IMG/VR virus record: IMGVR_UViG_3300027816_000057
DNA length: 64,000 nt
Strand: one strand, 5' to 3'
From: a virus
Shown: positions 27,978-38,223 of the stretch, in pieces
Position numbering within the stretch: the first letter of the stretch is position 1
Layout of the letters: each line of letters starts with the position of its first letter
Program-made: the position numbers and the translations under genes
Notes under the pieces: generated by a model
Told to the model about the DNA's origin: nothing
What the model saw: the letters and a program-made list of their open reading frames with translations, nothing else
The model's database searches: none

Positions 27978-28515
27978 GCCTTATCTAATATTGATTGGCG
28001 GGCCAAGCGGGAGTGGCAAATCTACTCTTGCTAGAACTATTATAAATAGTTTTCATCCTCTACCATTCTATATGTTTGAGGCTGATGATTATTTTAACAA
28101 AAATAGTGAATATAATTTTAATCCTAAAGGATTGGGACAGGCCCACAAAGAATGCTGGAATAATGTTTTATATAATATAAAACACGGCTATAACACAATT
28201 GTTTCTAATACTTTTACTACTCACAAAGAAACCGAAAGATATTTAAATTTAAATAATTGTCAAGTTTACTACACCTTTCCTAATCGTATTAGGCATATGG
28301 ATATAGAAGATTTTTGTAAATCCTCAATTCATAAAGTCCCCAAAGAAACTATTAAAAAACAATACGATAGGTGGTTTGATTATGTGAATAATAATATGGA
28401 TTTAAGTCATTATCTAATTAGCGAAGAAGATTTGTTAGAAAAATTAGAAAAAGAGAGAGAAAAATATGTTGAGTCTAGAAATACTGTACTACATGGAGAA
28501 CCGAAGTCAAGATAA
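27961..28515 (+). CDS. P-loop kinase (AAA_33/polynucleotide kinase-like)
   Basis: GPSGSGKST, EADDYF, VSNTF, HKVP. Confidence 0.85.
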   Translation: MQNQDKPYLILIGGPSGSGKSTLARTIINSFHPLPFYMFEADDYFNKNSEYNFNPKGLGQAHKECWNNVLYNIKHGYNTIVSNTFTTHKETERYLNLNNCQVYYTFPNRIRHMDIEDFCKSSIHKVPKETIKKQYDRWFDYVNNNMDLSHYLISEEDLLEKLEKEREKYVESRNTVLHGEPKSR

Positions 28516-28765
28516 GAATAAGACTATAGATGAAACAGTATATTTAGGAATTAACGATAAAAGAGAATATTATTATGGATATGAAACAAACAATCTTTAT
28601 AAGTCAGGTATTAAAGCTAGTGACGATCAACAGTACGGCCCCTATACTAAAAATGAAGTTTTAGAGATCGCTAAGAAACGCGATAATTTAACCAATGATT
28701 CTACAAAACAATGGTATTTATTGTGGTGTGCTTTGTATGATGAAGTAATTCAAAATATTAAATAA
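28466..28765 (+). CDS. hypothetical protein
   Basis: ORF. Confidence 0.5.
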   Translation: MLSLEILYYMENRSQDKNKTIDETVYLGINDKREYYYGYETNNLYKSGIKASDDQQYGPYTKNEVLEIAKKRDNLTNDSTKQWYLLWCALYDEVIQNIK

Positions 28766-28897
28766 TGGATGAATTTAGAAAACATTTTTTTGAAAGATTT
28801 GTAAGATCAGGATGTCCCTGTTGCCAAGGGCCGGGTACTCAAAAATCATTCAAAAAGAAAACACGAAAGATTACTCGTAAAAGATTAAAAAATAAAG

Positions 28898-29401
28898 ATG
28901 AGAAACAAAGCCAATCAATATGATCCTAGAGGATATGTAAAAAATAAACCAATCATCTATCTAGATTTAGATGGTGTTTTGACTGATTTTCAAGGACATT
29001 TAAATAACTATAATAAATCTTCCGGTTTAAAAATTACCGCCTATGAAATAGGAACGGTTGATTACAACTGGTGGGCGACTATGCCTTGGACAAAATGGGG
29101 TAAAGATTTATATGATTACTGCAATAACCTTTGCTATACTTGTATTTTATCTTCTGCTGGTGGACACCCGGAAGCTGCTAAAGGTAAAACTATTTGGTTA
29201 GAAAAAGAAGGTATAAAAGATTACATTCTTTCTGGTTCTAAATGGGCAGTAGCTAATAATAAGACTTTGTTAATAGACGACACTCCTAAGAAAGTAGATA
29301 AATTTATCTTAGCCGGTGGTGTAGGTCTTTTATTTTCTGAAGAAAAATTAGAAGGTATTTATAAAGCTGTAAAAGAATGGGCAGATTATCATAGTGTATA
29401 A
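28898..29401 (+). CDS. HAD 5'(3')-nucleotidase-like phosphatase
   Basis: YLDLDGVLTDF, LLIDD. Confidence 0.88.
   Translation: MRNKANQYDPRGYVKNKPIIYLDLDGVLTDFQGHLNNYNKSSGLKITAYEIGTVDYNWWATMPWTKWGKDLYDYCNNLCYTCILSSAGGHPEAAKGKTIWLEKEGIKDYILSGSKWAVANNKTLLIDDTPKKVDKFILAGGVGLLFSEEKLEGIYKAVKEWADYHSV
29394..29401 (+). promoter_or_regulatory. Class L promoter
   Basis: GTGTATAA-N9-ATG(29411). Confidence 0.6.
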
Positions 29402-29410
29402 TATTAAACT

Positions 29411-30289
29411 ATGCCTAAAATCATATTTGATAATCTTAGCTACAGAGAAGGTAAAACGCCAGCAGAACAATTAGGATTTATTCCTCTTAATTTTTGTAAT
29501 AGAGGATTTTACGGATTAGTTAACGGTCAAATATCTTACGATTTTCCTCCTAATCCAAATGATACAGTAAATACAATTCAATCTATTAGACAAGATCAAG
29601 ATTTGTATTTTGATTTAGAGCCTTGGTTTTGTTTGCCCGATCACGCATCTAGTGTAGACAAGATTAAGAAAAAAGTCTATGCTTTAGATTTATTGTTTAA
29701 TTTTAAACAAACTTATCCTAATTTTAATAAATATTTAGGATGTTTTGGGATACCCGATGGTAATATACATCCTCAAAATCCTTCAGAGGCTATTGAAATT
29801 TGGAAAAATAAAAACCGTAAATTAATGAGCGGCGAAGTTTGGAATTTGATTTATTCTAAATTAAGCTGTATGTTTCCTTGTTGTTACCCATATGATTATG
29901 GAAATGGAAACAGTGTTGAAACCAACAGACTTCAATTTATATATAATCAATTACAGCTAGATATTATAAAAGAACATAACACGAGAAATCTTCCTGTCTT
30001 TGCTTTTTGGCAACCTAGACTTAAAAAAGCAGACGGATCAAGACCTTTTATGAACTACGCTGATACTGTTACTCAATTAAATTGGCTATTATCTCGTTGC
30101 GACGGTGTAGTATTATGGGATTGGGACGGTCAAATAGACCCGCAAACCGGAGATATTGCCGTTTGGGATGATGATGCTCCTTGGTTAAAAGCCGCACAAG
30201 ATGTTTTAAAAAGTTTCAATAGACCGGCTCAATATGCGACTATAAATAAAAACAATGTTACACCTTTTAGAAGCCGTTTTTCAGGTTAA
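29411..30289 (+). CDS. Glycoside-hydrolase-like TIM-barrel protein (hyaluronidase/GH56-like motifs)
   Basis: YFDLEPW, PCCY, PVFAF, DGVVLWD. Confidence 0.5.
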   Translation: MPKIIFDNLSYREGKTPAEQLGFIPLNFCNRGFYGLVNGQISYDFPPNPNDTVNTIQSIRQDQDLYFDLEPWFCLPDHASSVDKIKKKVYALDLLFNFKQTYPNFNKYLGCFGIPDGNIHPQNPSEAIEIWKNKNRKLMSGEVWNLIYSKLSCMFPCCYPYDYGNGNSVETNRLQFIYNQLQLDIIKEHNTRNLPVFAFWQPRLKKADGSRPFMNYADTVTQLNWLLSRCDGVVLWDWDGQIDPQTGDIAVWDDDAPWLKAAQDVLKSFNRPAQYATINKNNVTPFRSRFSG

Positions 30290-30312
30290 AAAAAATTCGC
30301 ATCTGATATAAT
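30287..30312 (+). promoter_or_regulatory. Class E promoter, leaderless
   Basis: TAAA-N14-GATATAAT, ATG at 30319. Confidence 0.7.
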
Positions 30313-30318
30313 ATATAC

Positions 30319-31167
30319 ATGGATTATCCTAAATTTTGTGATCATCCCGATTTTCTAGCATTAACGGGGTCAAGATTATACGGTTATCATACCGAAAAAT
30401 CGGATTATGATTATCGCGGTTTTGTTGTGCCTCCCTCTAAATATCTTCTTGGTATAGAGAATTTTTTATTCCACCAAAAGAAAGATACTGACACTATAGT
30501 TTTTTCACTAAAGCATTTTATAGATATAACTCTAAAAGGAAATACTCAAACTTTTGAGATTCTTTTTTCTAATGATATACAACATAGTCAGACCGGATAT
30601 GAATTACTTTCTTTGCGTAAAAATTTCTTTAGTCAAAAGATAATACGTTCTACTTTAGGTTTTGCTTTAAGCGAGTGGAGGAAAACTCTTTCTCAGGCTT
30701 TAGTATTTGAATATCGTGATTCAAAACAAGAAGAAATACTAACTCAATTAGCCGGAACCTTTCAACTTAAAAGAGATGAAATAAAAGAAATATACGATAT
30801 AATATTTAGAGAACGAATAGACGACGATCCGCGTCGATATGTTCCTAATGATAAAATAGGCGAAAAAGCTAAACTAGATATACAGCAGTATGGATATCAA
30901 TTAAAACCTGCCTGTAATACAATACGTTTACTTTGCCAAGCAATAGAATTTGTTGAAACCGGCAAAATAACATATCCCCGTCCGGAATTATCGGTACTTA
31001 AAGATATACGATCCGGTTTACTGTCTTATGCAAATGTAAATGATTTATTTAATGAATATTATAATAAATTATCTAAAATTGATTTGTCTAGTTTACCGGT
31101 AAAACCAAATCATAATGGTGTTATGGAATGGTATCGGGACGTAGCCGAAAAGGAGATTAAAAATTGA
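30319..31167 (+). CDS. Pol-beta superfamily nucleotidyltransferase (RlaP/YcgL-like)
   Basis: GSRLYG...SDYDYRG; C-terminal IRLL..L..IRSG. Confidence 0.85.
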   Translation: MDYPKFCDHPDFLALTGSRLYGYHTEKSDYDYRGFVVPPSKYLLGIENFLFHQKKDTDTIVFSLKHFIDITLKGNTQTFEILFSNDIQHSQTGYELLSLRKNFFSQKIIRSTLGFALSEWRKTLSQALVFEYRDSKQEEILTQLAGTFQLKRDEIKEIYDIIFRERIDDDPRRYVPNDKIGEKAKLDIQQYGYQLKPACNTIRLLCQAIEFVETGKITYPRPELSVLKDIRSGLLSYANVNDLFNEYYNKLSKIDLSSLPVKPNHNGVMEWYRDVAEKEIKN

Positions 31168-31598
31168 TCGCATTTATTATTTTTATTATTGCTTTGATTT
31201 TTATAGTTAAAATTCTTTTAGAATTTAATTATAGTATGGAGGGGGTCATACTGTCTTTCGCAACTGCAGTTATAGCTACTATAGTGATATTGCTTGTTTT
31301 CGCTTCTTCACTAATACCTGCTGGCGATTTAGTGTATGAAAAAATTGATGTTAATCGTTCTATTTTTATTGATTCAGGACAAATTCTTTATTATAAAGAA
31401 AATAATATGCGTCAGCAGTCGGTCAATATAAGATATTTAACCTTTAATACTAAAGGTGAAAATTTAGTAGTTTTTTATTCAAAAGAGGAAACGATTCCTT
31501 TTTGGTTTCCAAATATAAAATCATATGATGCAAAAATACTAAAAGAAATTAGATTAGGTACAAGTGTAAAATTAGAAAGTATAAACAAGGAAGAATAA
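31164..31598 (+). CDS. membrane protein
   Basis: Two N-terminal TM helices. Confidence 0.55.
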   Translation: MIAFIIFIIALIFIVKILLEFNYSMEGVILSFATAVIATIVILLVFASSLIPAGDLVYEKIDVNRSIFIDSGQILYYKENNMRQQSVNIRYLTFNTKGENLVVFYSKEETIPFWFPNIKSYDAKILKEIRLGTSVKLESINKEE

Positions 31599-32323
31599 TG
31601 CATTATCACGGCGGAAAAGCGGTATTATCAAAATATTTAGCACCTTTTATTAATGATCGACTTAATAGATTACAATCGGGCTATAAATGTTATATAGAAT
31701 CTTTTCTTGGTGGATGTAATTTTGTAGACAAAATTCAATTTGACTTTGCTGTATTAAATGATATCAATCTATCATTAATAAATATGTACCGAGCTTTGCA
31801 AAAAGATTGGATTCCTCCAACAGATTTATCAGAGGATCAGTATTATTTCTTACGCGATCAAAAAGATCCTGAAAGACCCGAAACAGCATTTGCCTCTTTT
31901 GGATGTTCTTTTGGTGGTAAAGAATGGGGAGGCTATGCTCGCGGCGTAGACAATAAAGGCAAGGCTAGAAATTACGCCATGCACGCTCATAAAAAGCTTA
32001 TGAGGTTAAAAGATGTAATTCAAAATAAAAAAATTAAATTTATTTGCGAAGATTATCTATCAGTAATAGACTCAGCTAATTATAGCGTTATATATTGTGA
32101 TCCTCCTTATGAAAACACCTTAAAATATAAAACGGGTAGTTTTGATAATAATAAATTTTTAAATGATCTAGAAAAAAATAAAAGAGACAACTATATATTA
32201 TTATCAGAATTTTCTAACCCTAGAAATTACAACGTGATATATAAAAGAGAACGTGCTATAAATATGAAATTAACCAAAAATGCTACGCAAGAAAGAAAGA
32301 CCGAACTCTTGCTGGAAATATAA
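31598..32323 (+). CDS. DNA adenine methyltransferase (Dam/D12-like)
   Basis: YHGGK, ESFLGG, ND, YCDPPY. Confidence 0.9.
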   Translation: MHYHGGKAVLSKYLAPFINDRLNRLQSGYKCYIESFLGGCNFVDKIQFDFAVLNDINLSLINMYRALQKDWIPPTDLSEDQYYFLRDQKDPERPETAFASFGCSFGGKEWGGYARGVDNKGKARNYAMHAHKKLMRLKDVIQNKKIKFICEDYLSVIDSANYSVIYCDPPYENTLKYKTGSFDNNKFLNDLEKNKRDNYILLSEFSNPRNYNVIYKRERAINMKLTKNATQERKTELLLEI

Positions 32324-32385
32324 ACTATTGTAGGTACTCTCTATTAAGAAGCAGAGTATAATACTTACTACTATTGAGAAAAAAC

Positions 32386-33360
32386 ATGAGCATTTTTGAC
32401 AAAAGAATTGCGTTTAAACCTTTTGAGTATACCGAATTAACTAAATTTAAAGATGCAATTAATCATAGTTATTGGTTAGTTAGCGAATGGAATTTTATAA
32501 GCGATATACAAGATTTTAATGTTAAATTAAACGACACGGAACGAAGTGCTATAAAAAATACATTATTAGCAATTTCGCAAATTGAAGTATCAGTAAAAAA
32601 ATTCTGGACAAAACTAGGTGAAAGATTTCCTAAACCTGAGTTTGAGCAAGTAGGCGTTACTTTTGGAGAATCCGAAGTCCGTCATGCCGACGCTTACTCT
32701 CATTTACTTCAAGTGTTAAATTTAAATAATGATTTTGAAATGCTTCTTCAAAACGAAGTTATACAAGGAAGAGTTGATTATCTTACAAAATATTTAAAAG
32801 GTGCATCTGATAATAGTAATGAAAATTACACATTAACACTTGCACTGTTTTCTTTGTTTATAGAAAACATTAGTTTGTTTAGTCAATTTGCCATTATTAA
32901 ATCATTCAATAAACATAAAAATATTTTAAAAGATATAGATAATGTCATTCAGGCTACTCAAAAAGAAGAACTGATACATGCTATGTTTGGTACTTATGTT
33001 ATCAATCAAATTAAGAAAGAATTTCCTGAATGGTTTAACGAGGAATTTTTTGAAAAAATTTATAGAGCCTGTAAAAAAGCTTATGACGCAGAATCCAAAA
33101 TTATAGACTGGATTTTTGAAAATGGTGATGTTGAATTTATCTCACGAGACAGTTTAAAAGAATTTATTAAAAATAGATTCAATGAGAGTATTAAAGGTAT
33201 TGGCGGAAAAGACGTTTTTGAAATTAATCAAGATTTACTAAAGCCGTTTGACTGGTTTGAACAAGAAATTTACGCTGAAATAAGCACCGACTTTTTTCAT
33301 AAAAAACCTACTACATATAGCAAAAAAACAAAACCAGTCAATGACGATGATCTATTTTAA
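32386..33360 (+). CDS. nrdB: Ribonucleotide reductase class I beta subunit
   Basis: EVRHADAY, ENISLFSQF, EELIH, DFF. Confidence 0.93.
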   Translation: MSIFDKRIAFKPFEYTELTKFKDAINHSYWLVSEWNFISDIQDFNVKLNDTERSAIKNTLLAISQIEVSVKKFWTKLGERFPKPEFEQVGVTFGESEVRHADAYSHLLQVLNLNNDFEMLLQNEVIQGRVDYLTKYLKGASDNSNENYTLTLALFSLFIENISLFSQFAIIKSFNKHKNILKDIDNVIQATQKEELIHAMFGTYVINQIKKEFPEWFNEEFFEKIYRACKKAYDAESKIIDWIFENGDVEFISRDSLKEFIKNRFNESIKGIGGKDVFEINQDLLKPFDWFEQEIYAEISTDFFHKKPTTYSKKTKPVNDDDLF

Positions 33361-33375
33361 AGAAAGAGATGTATT

Positions 33376-35022
33376 ATGTCTGAATTTATTTGGTATAACG
33401 ATTTATCTAAACAATTTTTAGAAAAAGATTATTTATTAAAAGGCCAAACTCTTGAAGAAAGAGTTGATATTATATGTAAAAAAGCAGAAGACATTCTAAA
33501 GATAAAGGGCTTTGGAGAAAAATTTAAAGACAATCTAAAAAAGGGATGGTATTCTTTATCTACTCCTATATGGACTAATTTTGGAACAAACAGGGGACTT
33601 CCTATTAGTTGCTTTGGTTCATATATTGAAGATACAATGGAATCTATTTTATCTACAAACGCCGAAGTCGGAATGATGACAAAATACGGCGGCGGCACAT
33701 CCGCTTATTTTGGTAATCTTAGACCTAGAGGCTCTGCTATTAATAGCAACGGCGAATCGTCCGGTTCCGTTCATTTTATGCAAATGTTTGATACTACTAT
33801 GACAACGGTTAATCAGGGTAGTACAAGACGAGGTAATTTCGCTGCTTATCTACCGATAGATCATAAAGACATAGAAGAATTTCTAAATATTAGATCTGAA
33901 GGAAACTCCATTCAAGATATTTCTTTTGGAGTTTGTGTTCCTGATTATTGGATAGAAGAAATGATAGCAGGCAATACTGAAAAAAGAAAGATATGGGCCA
34001 AAGTTCTTCAAAGTAGAATTAATACTGGATATCCATATATAATATTTACCGGTAATGCTAATAAAAATAAACCACAAGTTTATAAAGATAAAAATCTAGA
34101 AATTACTCATTCTAATTTGTGTTCTGAGATTTTTCTTCATACTAATAAAGACGAATCATTTGTATGCGATCTTTCCTCAATGAATATTGTTCATTTTGAT
34201 GAATGGAAAAATACCGACGCAGTAGAACTCCTTACTTACTTTTTAGATGCTGTAATGACAGAATTTATAGAGAAAGCAAAAGTTATTCCGTTTATGAATA
34301 GAGCTGTTAAATTTGCTGAAAATCAAAGAGCTTTAGGAATAGGATGGATAGGTTATCATTCTTATCTACAAAGTAAAATGATTCCGTTTGAAAGTATGGA
34401 AGCTAAGTTTACGAACATCGAGATAGCTGAAACCATTAAAAATCAAGCGGAGCAGGCTACTAGAAAATTAGCAAAAGAATACGGCGAGCCTGAGCTTCTT
34501 AAAGGCTACGGAATTAGAAACGCTACCCTTATGGCAGTAGCACCTACTAAATCGTCCGCCTTTATTTTAGGGCAAATCTCGGAAGGTATAGAACCTAACA
34601 AATCCAACTATTATATAAAAGATTTAGCCAAAGGAAAATTTACCGTAAAAAATCCTTATCTTATTAAAATTCTTGATGAAAAAGGATATAATACTGATCA
34701 GATATGGAATTCTATACTTAAGAATAAAGGTAGCGTCCAACATCTAGATATATTATCAGAAAAAGAAAAAGACGTATTTAAAACATTTAGAGAAATATCA
34801 CCTAAAGAAATTATAATTCAAGCCTCTCAGAGACAAAAATATATAGATCAAGGACAATCTTTAAATTTGATGATTCATCCGTCTATACCAACAAAAGATT
34901 TAAATGCTCTGATTATAGAAGCATGGAAACTTGGAGTTAAAGGATTATATTATCAGATTAGTGTAAACGCAGCACAGGAATTTGCCTCAAATATTTTAGA
35001 ATGCAAAAATTGCGAAGCGTAA
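33376..35022 (+). CDS. nrdA: Ribonucleotide reductase class I alpha subunit (no ATP cone)
   Basis: PISCF, GGGTS, RRG, SNLCSE, APT.SS, DQGQSLN, LYY, C-terminal CxxC. Confidence 0.95.
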   Translation: MSEFIWYNDLSKQFLEKDYLLKGQTLEERVDIICKKAEDILKIKGFGEKFKDNLKKGWYSLSTPIWTNFGTNRGLPISCFGSYIEDTMESILSTNAEVGMMTKYGGGTSAYFGNLRPRGSAINSNGESSGSVHFMQMFDTTMTTVNQGSTRRGNFAAYLPIDHKDIEEFLNIRSEGNSIQDISFGVCVPDYWIEEMIAGNTEKRKIWAKVLQSRINTGYPYIIFTGNANKNKPQVYKDKNLEITHSNLCSEIFLHTNKDESFVCDLSSMNIVHFDEWKNTDAVELLTYFLDAVMTEFIEKAKVIPFMNRAVKFAENQRALGIGWIGYHSYLQSKMIPFESMEAKFTNIEIAETIKNQAEQATRKLAKEYGEPELLKGYGIRNATLMAVAPTKSSAFILGQISEGIEPNKSNYYIKDLAKGKFTVKNPYLIKILDEKGYNTDQIWNSILKNKGSVQHLDILSEKEKDVFKTFREISPKEIIIQASQRQKYIDQGQSLNLMIHPSIPTKDLNALIIEAWKLGVKGLYYQISVNAAQEFASNILECKNCEA

Positions 35023-35029
35023 ATTAATT

Positions 35030-36662
35030 ATGAATAATATTGAAAATCTTGAATTTTTGTATAAAAATAGCAGCCTTAATTTTCCTGTCGCTTGGGAAGG
35101 TAGAAAAGTCGATGATGGATATACTTTTATTCCACAAGGTTCATATTTAGGTCATACTCTTATAGTATTATCTGATGTTTACGAAAATAGCGGAGTAGAC
35201 TGCGATCTTGTTGCAGCAGCTATAAATATAGTACCGTCTTTTTTAGAATTGGTTAAACTAGTTTCTAATCTAGAGAAAAAGGCTAGTGACTACAATGATG
35301 GTTGCGGATGTCGTTCTAGTAATAGTTTATCTAGCGACGAAGATTTTAGAAATCTAGTTAAGATTTGTAAAAGTTTAAAAATAGAGAATTAAAATGATAG
35401 AAGTATTATGGACAATATTGGGAATATTAGTATATCTAGCAATTGGTATTTGCGTGTCGAGGTTAGTTTCTCGTCCATATTTTACAAACGAAGATAGAGC
35501 CTGTCATGCGATCTTCTGGCCTTATTGTTTAATTTTATTATGTCTTACAAAGTTTGTAGATTTGATGGGATATCTCTCGGGAGGCAAATAGTTATGTCAC
35601 AATTAAACGAAACAGAGAAAAGAATATTTAGCGATCTTTTAGATTATCTTAGTCAAACTCTTAGTAACGCCGGATGTAATGATTATCCCATCGAAAATAC
35701 AGATGAAGGAAAAGCGTTATGGCTTGAAATTGAAAATTCGGTAAGAGAAGATAATGGTGATCCATTACTAGATAAAGTTCCTGAAAATCAAAAAGATTTT
35801 TGGACTTTTAATTGGCTTTTACTGAATACATTGCGGAAAAAACTGGAGCTATGATCTATGGAAATTAAAACCATTCCCGAAAAAGTTATTCCCGAACAAT
35901 ACGTTGTTAACGGAGGATCGTTTTCTAATTTAGAAGATGCCCAAAAAGAACTTGAAAGAGTTAAAAAAGAAGAAAGAATTAAAAATAAAATTATTTTTAA
36001 AAAAATATTAAATGAAGAATTATATCTGATAGATATACTAGATCAAGAATGTTTAGATTATATTTCTATATATGGAAACAGACTTCTTTTATTAAATAAT
36101 AATATACCTGATAATAGTTATGTTGAAACGGCGGACTTTAGCATAATTAAAAAACCCGGAAAATATTTTGTTTTGTTAGAAAAAATAGGTCATCGTTTTG
36201 AAACTCAATTATATAGTGCCCGCATATTAGAAGATAGGGATTCTATTAATAAACTTCTTAATAAAGAATTAGAAAATCTGACAGAAGAAATTGAAGAACT
36301 GAATTTAAAAAAGCATGAAATTTATAAACTTATGATTAAGAATTAAATATATGCCAACCAAAATTTACGGGCAATCGGATGATTTAGTAGAATTTAAAGG
36401 CGAATATAACGGAGAGGTTTCGTTTTACGGATCAAGTGATGAAGAACAAGGATTAATAATTTGCGATGATGGTACGGTAGCCTCCGTAAAATACGGTAAG
36501 GCTGATATGGCTATTTGGCAAATTACGGTATTAAAAAAAGGAAAACTTTTTGATAAATTGGAAACCTGTGAAGATGAAGACGCTAAGATATATAGCGATA
36601 TTCTTTATCTAAAAAGCGGTATCAAAAATATTTATTTCGCGTCGAATTGGGAAAAGGTTTAA
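35030..36662 (+). CDS. Run of five small hypothetical genes (35030, 35394, about 35594, 35858, 36351)
   Basis: Contiguous ORFs; the last has the common phage YGxSDDLVE motif. Confidence 0.55.
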
Positions 36663-36668
36663 TAGTCA

Positions 36669-36676
36669 GTGTATAA
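36669..36676 (+). promoter_or_regulatory. Class L promoter followed by a structured 5' leader
   Basis: GTGTATAA; leader with alternative stems and AAGGAG SD. Confidence 0.6.
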
Positions 36677-36730
36677 ATTTACGAGACTTTAATTTTAGTC
36701 CTCTAGTCTCGGGACTTTAAGGAGCATCGA

Positions 36731-37510
36731 ATGGCTTTTGCAAATAATTTTGTTGCGGTTTTAGTTTCAAATAATCAAATTTTAAGAGAAAATAGAGTAC
36801 AAGAAAGGGATGAAATTTATATTCCTTTCGGTAACGAATATAGTTTTAGATTTAAAAATCTTAACTCTAAAAGAGCCTTAGTGAATATTTGGATTGACGG
36901 AAAATCTGTTTCGGCTGGTGGATTAGTCATTGACCCTAATAAGGAAATAGATTTTCTAGGTGAAATTAATAATAATTTAGCTCACAACTCTTTCAAGTTT
37001 ATTGAAAAGACACAAGAAATTTCCGATTATCGCGGCGATAGAATTGATGATGGTATCATTCGTATAGAGGTTCAATTTGAAAAGGTCCAGAAGCCATTAA
37101 AAGGAAAACCGTACACTCCGTATGATAATGATCAATGGACTAGACCGCCATTTCATCCTAAGTGGCCTGATTTTGATAGACCTCATATTACATTTAATAC
37201 TAATCCAGTTTTAAGAGGATCGTCTTTTTCTTGTCAGTCCGCTTCTTCAGAATCTTCTTTTCAAAACGATTGTGTTGATGGTATAACCGTACCCGGAAGT
37301 GTCGTAGATCAACGATTTACTTCCGTAACAATTGGTCCGTTAGAGAATGATAAAACCGTATTTACCTTTCAATTAGTTGGTAAAAAAAAAGATAATACCA
37401 GTGTAGTGATACCAAAAACAATTCAGCAAAAAACTAAATGCCCCACTTGTGGGAAAATTTCAAAGAGTAATAGTAATTTTTGCAAAAATTGCGGAACTTG
37501 TTTGATATAA
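36731..37510 (+). CDS. Conserved phage protein with C-terminal double zinc ribbon
   Basis: IPFG.EY..KN; IDG; FKF; GITVPGS; CPTCG..FCKNCG. Confidence 0.75.
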   Translation: MAFANNFVAVLVSNNQILRENRVQERDEIYIPFGNEYSFRFKNLNSKRALVNIWIDGKSVSAGGLVIDPNKEIDFLGEINNNLAHNSFKFIEKTQEISDYRGDRIDDGIIRIEVQFEKVQKPLKGKPYTPYDNDQWTRPPFHPKWPDFDRPHITFNTNPVLRGSSFSCQSASSESSFQNDCVDGITVPGSVVDQRFTSVTIGPLENDKTVFTFQLVGKKKDNTSVVIPKTIQQKTKCPTCGKISKSNSNFCKNCGTCLI

Positions 37511-37511
37511 T
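37504..37511 (+). promoter_or_regulatory. Class E -10 element, leaderless
   Basis: GATATAAT-N5-ATG(37517); upstream element imperfect (CAAAAA). Confidence 0.55.
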
Positions 37512-37516
37512 AGTCT

Positions 37517-37783
37517 ATGAAAAATGAAAATATCACCGTAAAAGATTTTATTAATATTCTTTCACAATTCGATCCTAATCGTATTTTAATTATGAGTAAA
37601 GACGGCGAAGGAAATAGTTATAGTCCTTTGTGTAGTGCTTGGGAAGCCTCATATCTACCAAATAATGCATGGTGTGGAGATATAGGTTTAGAAAAACTAA
37701 CTCCAAAAGATAAAGAATTAGGATATACTGATGAAGATGTCGTGAATGGAATTCCTTGTATTGTTCTATCTCCAATAAATTGA
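37517..37783 (+). CDS. hypothetical phage protein
   Basis: SKDGEGNSYSP motif. Confidence 0.6.
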   Translation: MKNENITVKDFINILSQFDPNRILIMSKDGEGNSYSPLCSAWEASYLPNNAWCGDIGLEKLTPKDKELGYTDEDVVNGIPCIVLSPIN

Positions 37784-38223
37784 TGCAAACCTTTTTACCA
37801 TATCCAGATTTCCAAAAATCGGCACAATCTTTAGATTGGCGTAGATTAAATAAACAAGTCATAGAGGCTATGCAAATTGCTAATGTCTCTATTTTACTTC
37901 AATCTAAATTGACTACCGGTTGGAAAAATCACCCAGCACGGCGAATGTGGTTGGGTTACGAATATCAACTTTGTAATTATGCTCTTGCCTGTAGAGACGA
38001 GTGGGTAAAAAGAGGTTATAATTCTAATACTAGAGATAAGATAATCAACATTCAGTCTCATTATAAAGACACCGGACTACCATCATGGATCGGGCGAGAA
38101 GATTTTCATTTATCCCACCGTCAGGCGTTGCTACATAAAGAAATTGAAAGAAATGAACCGATCTGGTATAAAAATCAGTGGCCGGATTTAGAGCCTAAAC
38201 TAGATTATATTTGGCCTGTATAA
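37783..38223 (+). CDS. MSMEG_6728 family / pyrimidine-dimer glycosylase (DenV-like)
   Basis: MQTFLPYPDF..LD.RRL.KQ..E; GWKNHPA..MW; SHR..L; YIWPV. Confidence 0.85.
   Translation: MQTFLPYPDFQKSAQSLDWRRLNKQVIEAMQIANVSILLQSKLTTGWKNHPARRMWLGYEYQLCNYALACRDEWVKRGYNSNTRDKIINIQSHYKDTGLPSWIGREDFHLSHRQALLHKEIERNEPIWYKNQWPDLEPKLDYIWPV

Noticed and set aside
32354-32362. GAGTATAAT upstream of nrdB
   Set aside because: Plausible -10 element but matches neither class exactly and is not leaderless; left uncalled
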